Assembly (NCBI RefSeq): GCF_009914755.1
Contig: NC_060945.1
DNA from: the human T2T-CHM13v2.0 reference genome, Homo sapiens
Length of the DNA: 64,000 nucleotides
Strand: one strand, 5' to 3'
Shown: positions 42,411-51,243 of the stretch, in pieces
How the letters are laid out: every line of letters starts with the position of its first letter
How positions within the stretch are numbered: the stretch's first letter is position 1
The notes under the pieces: generated by a model
The model's input: only the letters and a program-made list of their open reading frames with translations
Database searches by the model: none
Told to the model about the DNA's origin: nothing
Program-made: the position numbers and the translations under genes

Positions 42411-42424
42411 AAGTTTGCTCTCCT

Positions 42425-42600
42425 CTCCCTTACATGGTTCCTTCCTTTACTAGGACAGCTGCATTTATACTTCTACTTCTCCTCTTCAGTCCTTTGTCTC
42501 TTTAATTTACTGGTTAAATTTGTTTCTTCCAGAATGTAGCAATTCCACAGCAAACTCCTAATGATGCAAGGATATCAGCCAATCACCCTCAGAAAACCCC
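42425..42600 (+). pseudogene. env TM C-terminal remnant
   Basis: Frameshifted LTWFLPLLG...LFNLLVKFVSSRM*QFHSKLLMMQGYQPI, typical of a gamma-type env tail. Confidence 0.75.
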
Positions 42601-43644
42601 ATGAATCTCCTCTAGACTCACTAGATATCAATTCCATATTAACACGCTCTTTCTTCCTGAGTTCTATCCTCCAGCAGCATTTAATAGACTAAGTCCCATA
42701 ACTCAGGACAATAACCCACAGGGTCCCCTAACAGACCGATAATCACAGGTAGGGCCCACACTGTGCCCACAGTCAGCAGGAAGCAGTTGGAAGATAAGAC
42801 CTCCATACCAATGCCAAAGATTTGTCATTGTTGTTCTGTCAGCGGGGAACATGGAGTCCTGGTAAGTTAATAGATACAAGAAAAGGGCTCTAGCTGGCAG
42901 GAACAGGAATGAGGATTGGGGAGAGCCACTGTTCTAAGAGATGGCTGACAAGCCATTTTTCTGAGAAACACCTAACCACAAACAACCTACTTGCACAACA
43001 TCCTGTTCCCAAATACCTTGTTCCACAGGTAGCCCCAGCAGCATGACCCTATCTGTACATAGCCTCTCCAGCATAACCTTATCAAACTTCTCTGCTGTGC
43101 TGCCTGTTGCTCTCTTGTATCTTTGTACTTTCTCTAACAAATCTGACTTTCTTAACCCACAACTGTCTTGGTAAATTCCTTTACTGCCTGTAACACCAGC
43201 CCCAGCCTATCACACCTGTGACAGATGGAGAGGATGAAGTACCTTTACTTCTCTCTCCTCACCCTCAATAGCATGCCAGTGATCCTTGCTGGCCAAACAC
43301 AATCAGAGGGCAGCCAGCAAGGGAGCCTGGGGGCTGCTGTCTGCATGGGTGATCATCCTGGGGCACAGGCAGAGCCAACATGAGTAGGCTATCCCTGTGA
43401 GAGAGGGCACATGGAGCATGAGGACCACAGCTCTTTGTGTAACCAAAAATTAGTGTTCCACACTCTAGACTCTTGCAGACCAAGGGTTGAAGCTGAGCTC
43501 TAGCACTCATTGGAAAGTTGATGTCTTTAAGCCTCTGCATTTTATGTGTAATTAGGATTAATAACAGTGCTACATTATAGATATTAAGATGACTATTTAT
43601 ATTAAATGTTTGTGAAGTATTAATGAGTGCTTAGTAAATGCTAG

Positions 43645-44140
43645 CTGCTATCACTACTGCTGCCACTACTATCAAAACTACTACCATTACTACTACTAAT
43701 AACATAACTACTATTGTCACTACTATTACCACTACCATTAGTACTACCACCACTATCATCACTACCATCACTACTAATACTATCATTACCACTACTATTA
43801 CCATTACCACGACTATCATTACTACTACTACCACCTCCACCATTACTACTAATGCTATCATTACTACTACTGCTTCTATAATTACTACTCCTACTCCTAC
43901 CATTACTACTACTAGTAGTATCACCATTACTACTACTACTATCATTACTATTACCACCACCATTACTACTATCATTACTACTACTACCACCACCATTACT
44001 ACTACTGCTGTCATTACTACTACTGCTACTATTTACTCCTACCGTTACTACTACTACCACCACCACCATTACTACTACTATCATTGCTACTATTACTACT
44101 GCCATCATTACTATTACTACTATTAGTTTAGTCATTATTA
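43645..44140. repeat. Degenerate (ACT/ACC/ATT/ATC)n triplet repeat
   Basis: About 490 bp of mixed TAC/CAC/CAT triplets. Confidence 0.95.
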
Positions 44141-44659
44141 TCAGAGGCGAGGAGAAGCAGGCAGCATAACCAAGAACATAAGTATTATTTCTCAATATGA
44201 GACAGAATCTCTATATTAAATTAATAGCCAAAGCCATACCCAGGAATGAAATATTTACATGTTCTCACTGAAACCAAGAACCAAATAACCAGAGGATTGC
44301 TACCATCATTATCATTGAATGTTCTAGAAATTTTAGCCAACATATTAAGATATGCAACATTAGGAAAGAGAAAAAGTTTACCTTTTTTGGTTAACATTTA
44401 CAAAATATGATGGTTCTCTGCCAAGAAAATCACTCCCCCATTTAAAAATTAAGTGGCTAAACACAAAATGAATGTATAAAATTTAACGGTTGTTCTGAAA
44501 ACTAGGATAAAACTATTCATAATATTTAATGAAGATAATTTTCCACTTACAATAGCAACACAAACTATTAAGTGCCTACATAGCTTTATATATAATTTTG
44601 CAAACAATATAAAGGCTAGTAAAAAATAAAAACAAAAAACTTATAACTACATTAAGAAA

Positions 44660-44840
44660 ACTGGGCACAGTGGCTCATGCTGGTAATCTCAGAACTTTGG
44701 GAGGCTGAGGCAGGAGGATCGTTTGAGGCCAGGAGTTGGAGACTAGCCTGGGCATCATTGCAAGATCACATTTTTACAAAAAAAAAAAAAAATAGGCACG
44801 CATAGAGGCATGTGCCTGTAGTCTGTTTACTTGGGAGGCT
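44660..44840 (+). mobile_element. AluJ-like, 3'-truncated, inside degraded L1
   Basis: CTGGGCACAGTGGCTCATGC...GGAGGATCGTTTGAGGCCAGGAG; stops abruptly at GGGAGGCT. Confidence 0.85.
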
Positions 44841-46985
44841 ACAGGTAGCTAGACTACAGTAATGGTAGTAGTAGTCATGGTAGTAGTAGCAAAAATGACA
44901 TTGGAAAAATGTCGATTTTTTCCAAATTCATTTATAGGATTAACACAATTGCACTTAAACTTCCACTGAGATTTATTATTAAATGTGTTCAAGTAAAACT
45001 AAGATTCATCTAGAAGAATGAATTTATAAGTAGAGCTCAGAAAAAATTTTTTAAATGCAAAACAGAAAAGATTAACCAGTGAGATTTGCCCTGTTATATA
45101 TAGAAACATAACACTAATATAGACAAAATATGTGGTTTTGGCACAAGAATAGATTATTGGAACAATGAAATGAAACAGAAACTCTGGGAAAAGAATACCT
45201 ACATTAATATAATGAAGTAAACCCAGACATGTATTCTGACACATTACCCCCAAAGAAATACCAGGTGGATTAAATATTTAAATGTCAAAAATAAGCCACC
45301 ATAAAAATCTTAGAAGAATATGCAGCAGAATATTTGTGTATCTCACAGTGAAAAGAGGGTTTTACAAGTATAAAGGTAATACAAAATAGAACAGAAAATT
45401 GATATGACAACATGAAAGAAAACCTTTTATATTTCAAAAGTCAGCTTTCAGTTTTTCCCAGTAACAGCCATTGTTTATAACCTTGGGGTCTAAGTTTCCA
45501 GGCTTGTATTGGAACAGGATTAGAAAAGGAATTATACTATACATTGGGTGACTGTGTCATCACCCTCTAGGATGATTTCTTCTTGGAATGAGACTTAAGA
45601 TACCATAGTTCTACTTTCATTGTGCATTGATACATTAAGTCATTTATAACATTTCCCAAAACTCCAATCTGGAGAACTTTCTCTATCACCAGGGCATTGC
45701 TTTGGAATTCAGGGAGGCCTGAGTTCTGGATGGGAATGGGAGTGAGATGGTCCAGTGAATGTTAACAGTCACTATTATTATCCTTATTTTACAGAGGAGG
45801 AATATTCTGCTCCTTTATGAGCCAACATTTACTTTCTCTGAATTAAATGTTACTGGTTTCTTATTTATAGACAGCAGAGATTGACTGGGCACACTTTCCC
45901 CCACAGTTTCCAAGACTCTGTAATTATATGCAAAATAGTAAAATTAAATTCAATCTAGATGAATCCATATTTCAATAAGGATATTAGTGACTTAGGTCTA
46001 AAAATTAAAATTAGACTCGTCAATCCTGTTATGCTTTCCATTCAAATGTTTTTCCTAAACAGCAACAACAACAAAAACCTGATTTCCTAATAGTCCATTT
46101 AGCTTTTATTTCATGCCATTTACAAAGTTTAGGCAACATAAATGCACTTTATGCATATCTCTGTCCCATATCTCAGTCTAGATAGTTGTCTAGATAATTT
46201 TCTAGACAACCTAGATAATCAATGGGAAGGCTGAATGGCAGAGCAGAAAAACCATGTCTTCAGGGTCTGAACTATTGAGAGTAAGTATCATCTCCACCAC
46301 TTAACAACTGTACAACTCTGGGAAGATGTGCTGGGCAAGCCCTTTCAGTCTTGTTGGCTTACCCAGTAGTCAGGATTTGTTGCAAGAATACAGTGCCAGC
46401 TGTGTTCCAGCCACTGCTCTCAGGGTACTGTTCCCTTTCCCTTTATATGTTCTGATATTTCTCCCATAGCTACCAACCAGCCCATTCTTCCAGTCTTTCT
46501 CTGTTCAGATGCTAATGGGAGAGAGTTGATGGTCTTAGATAGTCACCATAATCCCTTTAGAGCAGAGATTTGTTGTAGAAGCCAGGCCACTTTGAAGGAC
46601 ACAGGCTGCCTGATATTCTGGCTGCCCTTGGGTCAGATCTCATCCCTGGCCAAAGTGGTGCCACCACTTTCTCAATGATTGCTTATTTCTCCCTCCTTCA
46701 ACATGCTTTAGAAGGCAGCGTTTCCCTTAGAGGAGCACAGTGGGCTGGGCAGCAACAGTGGATGACGTGCGTATTACGGCACTGCTGGGTATCATCATAA
46801 CCAACATGAACTTGTGGCTTGTTCTTACAATGCGCCAGACGTCTCATGAAACATTCAACGTTTCTTAATTCACCCTCACAACCAGAATGAGGTAAGTGTT
46901 GTTCTTATTCTTATTATTTGATATTTTATAGATAAAGAGAAGCTTACAGCATGAAATAACTTTCTCAAAATGATAAGATCAGTAA

Positions 46986-47295
<310 letters not shown>

Positions 47296-48201
47296 AGTAA
47301 GCGGAATATTCAATTGGATTCCAGAGTTTATGCTTTTAGCTATCAAGCTATACTCTTTCTCACTATATTTCCCTGAGCTTTGGTTTCCTTATCTATAAAA
47401 CTGGAACCGCACTGCCTGTTTGCCTTTAGAGCTATAGGTAATAAATGTTATGCATTTATTATGGTAAATAACATGTAGTAGAGCAAAGCATGGAAATTCA
47501 GGAAGTAACAAAGAGCAGTCATAAGAATGTCTATGTGGTAAATCTAGATAAAAATTACTTGTATACACATTTACAGTAGCGCCTTTAAAACACACACCGA
47601 TAGCACTTTAGTAAGTCAAGAATGCATGTTGCACCAATTAGAGAAAACACCAATTTTTTAAAAAAACATATAAATAACAAGCTAATAGAAGAAGAAATGT
47701 AATTAGAAAAATTTAAATAAGCCCAAAAACTTTAAGGAAGGACAAAAAAAATCATAGAACAGAGAAAATAGGAATCAATGGTAAGATGGTAGATTTAACC
47801 TTGAATTACAGTAAATATAAACAGACTAAATATTGAAATTGAAATATAAAGCTCATCAGAGAAGGTAATAATATCAAGCAAAGCTAAACAAGCTGCTTAC
47901 TTTAAATATAAAGATATCGACAGGTTGAAAGTAAGTAAGGGATGGTAAAACTACTATGCAAAGCAAAAGTTACAAAACCAAAGCAAAGACTGGCTCGTTT
48001 CAGAATAATCAACGTTTCAGGTTTAATATGAAATAATCGTAAATTTGTTTATACCTAATAACATAGCCATAAAATAAAAATTGACAGATAAACAATCATG
48101 TTAAGAGCCTGTATAAGCCAGATTTCTCCAGAAAAACAGAATCAAAAGGATATATACATTAAGAATTATATTAAGAAATTTATTTTAGCATATTGGCTTA
48201 C

Positions 48202-48303
48202 ATGATTGTGGGGCTGGCAAGTCCAGAATCCGTAGGAGAAGCTGGCAGGCTGAAACTCAGGCAGGAAACGATGTTGCAGACTTTAGGCAGAATTTTTTCT
48301 TCT
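48202..48303 (-). CDS. DSCR4: DSCR4 exon 2 (102 nt), exonised from an MLT2 LTR
   Basis: Acceptor TTTTCCTAG| and donor CAT|GTAAGC. In frame with exon 1 it gives R-EEKILPKVCNIVSCLSFSLPASPTDSGLASPTI, matching recalled DSCR4. The remaining C-terminal exon was not found and is presumably left of the window. Confidence 0.92.
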
Positions 48304-48473
48304 CTAGGAAAATTCAGTTTTTGCTCTTAAGGCTTCTGATTGTATAAGGCCCATTCACAGTATGAAAAGTAAGATTTATGTAAAGCCAACTGATTGTAGA
48401 TGTTAACTACATCTACAAAATACCTTTGCAGCACTACCTAGATTAGTGTTTGATTAAATAAATGGGCAGTAAA

Positions 48474-48754
48474 GGCCGGGTGCAGTGGCTCACGCCTGTA
48501 ATCCCAGCACTTTGGGAGGCCGAGGCAGGAAGATCACTTGAGGTCAGGAGTTCAAGACCAGCCTGGCCAACATGGTGAAACCCCATCCGTACTAAAAATA
48601 CAAAAATTAGCCTGGCTTGGTGGCGGGCACCTGTAATCCCAGCTACTTGGGAGGCTGAAGCAGGAGAATCACTTGAACCCAGGAGGTTGTAGTGAACCGA
48701 GATCGCGCCACTGCATTCCAGTCTGGGTGACAAGAGCAAAACTCTGTCTCACCA

Positions 48755-48788
<34 letters not shown>
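48474..48788 (+). mobile_element. AluS in DSCR4 intron 1
   Basis: Full Alu, long A tail, TSD-like GGCA(G/C)TAAA. Confidence 0.93.
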
Positions 48789-48792
<4 letters not shown>

Positions 48793-49026
48793 CTAAAGCC
48801 TGGCCCCCATGATGACACAGGAAACTAATCGTCATGGAGACTTTATCCACACTTTTGAATATATGTTACATTTCAACATTAAAACACACACACACACACA
48901 AAATCATAAAGCAATCAACAAAATTAAGCTGAATGCTTCGTAATTGCTGGATTCCCTGGGAAGCTGACTCTGAGATGGAGATTAGCGTGCAGGACATTTC
49001 TTACGGGTTGTTCTTGGGATCAATAC

Positions 49027-49154
49027 CTGTGGAGAGGAGAAGCTGAGGCAGGATCAGGAAGCGGGGAAGTAGAGTGCAATGCTGGTGAAGCGGCATCACT
49101 GTCTGGGGTAAATATCCGGGGTTCATCATCTCTCGTCAAGATGATTAACGACAT
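49027..49154 (-). CDS. DSCR4: DSCR4 exon 1, coding part (42 codons + 2 nt); protein-coding status of this young gene is debated
   Basis: The minus-strand ATG at 49154 reads MSLIILTRDDEPRIFTPDSDAASPALHSTSPLPDPASASPLH, matching the DSCR4 N-terminus as I recall it. It ends at donor CAG|GTATTG (49027/49026). Phase 2 joins exon 2 in frame. Confidence 0.92.
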
Positions 49155-49249
49155 GGACACACATGGGTGAGTTAAGAAGCGGAAAGTTTAATAGGCGGAA
49201 GAAAAGAGTGAGGAGACCAGCTCTCAGACATCCTTAAGGGAAAGGCTGG

Positions 49250-49400
49250 CCCGTGACTGACGGCAGCAGGTTTTACGGGCAGGCTTGAGGAGGCGGTGTC
49301 TGATTTACGTGGAGCCCAGAGATTGGTTCGACCAGGGGTGACGTTTACGTAGCGCGCAGGGAAGGCTGGTCACCCCACCCTAATCTTGTTATGCAAATAG
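49250..49400. promoter_or_regulatory. Bidirectional LTR promoter of DSCR4 (-) and DSCR8 (+)
   Basis: Lies between divergent exons and is CpG-rich relative to the window. Motifs: CCAAT (GATTGG, 49321), TGACGT (about 49339), TACGTG (about 49306), TTGTTATGCAAAT Sox-Oct-like (49386-49398). Bidirectional activity is established knowledge for this locus. Confidence 0.8.
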
Positions 49401-49500
49401 GCTTCCCACTTGGCAGGGGCCGTCTTGTCCACTCGTTTCTGTAAACATGGGTGGCAAAAAGAGAAGATGGAGCTGCCATTTAGAACATGCCTAATCCCAG
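49350..49500 (+). ncRNA. DSCR8: Candidate DSCR8 non-coding first exon inside the LTR (start approximate)
   Basis: The acceptor at 50210 needs an upstream exon, and DSCR8 is known to initiate in this LTR. Candidate donor CAG|GTAGTG at 49500/49501. The TSS cannot be determined from sequence. Confidence 0.5.
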
Positions 49501-49505
49501 GTAGT

Positions 49506-49690
49506 GTTTTTTGTTGTTGTTGTTGCTGCTGTTGTCGCTTTTTGAGTCGGAGTTTCGCTCTTGTTGCCCAGGCTGGAGTGCAATGGCGCCATCTTGGCTC
49601 ACCACAGCCTCCGCCTCCTAAGTTCAGGCGATTCTCCTGCCTCAGCCTCCTGAGTAGCTGGGATTACAGGCGTGAGCCACAGCGCCGGCC
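49506..49690 (-). mobile_element. Monomer-length Alu (left-arm start fused to right arm) inserted in the LTR
   Basis: Alu 5' end GGCCGGCGCTGTGGCTCACGCCTGTAATCCCAGC runs directly into right-arm sequence, followed by a degenerate (AAC)n tail. TSD CCAGGTAGT at 49497-49505 and 49691-49699. Confidence 0.88.
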
Positions 49691-50230
49691 CCAGGTAGTA
49701 TATTTTTATTGGCACAACTGCCGGTATTTGCCTGTGCAAGCTTTCAGCTTGCTTGTCTGTGTCTGCAGCTCGATTTTCCAGGTTGCTTTTTGTTAGAAAA
49801 GAAAATGATTTGGGGGCTGCTTTTCATTAAAAGGAAGACCTTACTGAGGACTCCCATACCTTCACTATCTGCCTAAGTACTTTCTTCTTAACTCCTATAT
49901 CACTGGGTCAGCAGCAACCCCAGTCAAACCTCAAGGGAGACGGGAAGATGGGACGATCTGTCAGAGGTATGCTGAGTTGAGGCAAGAGAGCTGACCTTTA
50001 TGGATTGCCAATCAGTGACTCATTGGAAGTGGGGCAACCTGGAAGGAAATGTGGCCTTAGGTGAGGCAGCTGTCTTCAGAGGAGGCAATTTCTTTGTATC
50101 TGGAGGGGCAATTGTTAGTGTTCCCCTGGACTGAAGGGTGAATTATGGAGAATGGAATAGAACGATTTGTTACTATGATTTGGTTGATGACTTATTTCCT
50201 GTTTCCTTAGCTTCATCTTGCTGAGCAAAA

Positions 50231-50310
50231 ATGAAGGAGCCTGGACCCAACTTTGTTACTGTGAGAAAGGGTCTTCATTCATTCAAGATGGCATTTGTTA
50301 AGCACCTACT
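50231..50310 (+). CDS. DSCR8: DSCR8 (MMA-1/CT25) first coding segment; the exon spans 50211-50310; often annotated as lncRNA
   Basis: Acceptor TTTCCTGTTTCCTTAG| at 50210, ATG at 50231, donor ACT|GTGAGT at 50311. The translation MKEPGPNFVTVRKGLHSFKMAFVKHL matches the recalled DSCR8 N-terminus. Confidence 0.88.
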
Positions 50311-50774
50311 GTGAGTAGATGATCTCCTGTCAAAGACAGTTAACAAATCCTCGGAATATTGCTTCATGTACAGTTATTGGAGATGAGTAACTTACATTCT
50401 CTTAATTGTAATGGTTCCTTGGAAAGTCATCGTGGAAAATGAAGGCTGGCTCATACATTTTCCCAGACAGGAATTTGGCTGCCAACAGGGAATTCTAAAC
50501 AACTAAAAACTCCAGATGATGAATGCACAACATAATGATGGTTAAATTAAAAAAAAAAAAGAGCACGGTAATAAAATTTCCATGAAATATTTTGTGTAAG
50601 CGCAGATAATCAGTCATTTTCTTTGTAGAATTCTTATTCGTAAATAATTTAGAATACTTTGTTCTTTATAATATATGATGGGCAACTATAGTATGATTCT
50701 TCTGAGTGACTCAGTTCTTTTTTTTTTTTTTCACATTTAATGACTTTGTTTCTCCTAAGTGAATGCACAGATAG

Positions 50775-51243
50775 TATATTAATCAGGGTTCTCTGGAAAA
50801 ACCAGAACCAATTTATTATCAGGTACTGGTTCATGTGATTGTGGAGGCTGAGAAGCCCCATGATCTGCTCTCTGCAAGCTGGAGACCCAGGAAAGCTGAT
50901 GAAAGTCAAAGGCCTAAGAGCTGGAGGGCCGATGGTATAGATTGCAGCCCAGGTCTAAAGGCCTGAGAACCAGAAGCACAGAGGGCAGAAGATCAATATT
51001 CCAGCTCAATCAGGCAAAGAGAAAAAGTCCTCCCTTCCTCTCCATTTTTCTTCTATTCTGACCCTGGATGGACTGGATGAGGCCCAGCCACATTGAGGAG
51101 AGCCATCTGCTTTAATCAGTCCACCAACTCAGATCCTGATCTCTTCCAGAAACACCTTCACAGATACACCCAGAAATAACATTCAACCTGTTAGGAGTAT
51201 CCCATGGCTCAGTCAAGTTGACACACAAAACTAACCATCACAG
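50775..51243 (-). mobile_element. MLT2 LTR
   Basis: AGGGTTCTCTGGAAAAACCAGAACC...CAGTCAAGTTGACACACAAAACTAACCATCACA. Confidence 0.88.

Larger units (their letters stand above)
48110..48835 (-). mobile_element. MLT2 (ERVL LTR) interrupted by an AluS
   Basis: TTCTCCAGAAAAACAGAATC, CATGATTGTGGGGCTGGCAAGTC and CAAAATACCTTTGCAGCACTACCTAGATTAGTGTTTGA are MLT2 hallmarks. Confidence 0.8.
49086..49902 (-). mobile_element. ERV1-class solo LTR (LTR9-like) with an internal Alu
   Basis: TG...CA termini and 4-bp TSD CTGG (49082-49085 and 49903-49906). The minus-strand 5' end TGATATAGGAGTTAAGAAGAAAGTACTTAGGCAGATAGTG resembles LTR9. Minus-strand ATTAAA at 49192-49187. Confidence 0.88.
48940..50095. mobile_element. 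Old ERVL-type LTR (LTR16A-like) split by the ERV1 LTR insertion
   Basis: GGATTCCCTGGGAAGCTGACTCTGAGATGGAGATTAGCGTGCAGG...GGGATCAATACCTGTGG resumes after 49902 up to GGTGAGGCAGCTGTCTTC. It supplies the 3' part and donor of DSCR4 exon 1. Confidence 0.6.

Noticed and set aside
43638-44126. 162-aa mucin-like Thr-rich ORF as a real gene
   Set aside because: It is purely a triplet microsatellite, with no signal peptide, splice context or non-repetitive domain.
49163-49172. Strong plus-strand donor TGG|GTGAGT in the LTR
   Set aside because: It lies upstream of the expected DSCR8 start and antisense to DSCR4; there is no evidence of a plus-strand transcript covering it.
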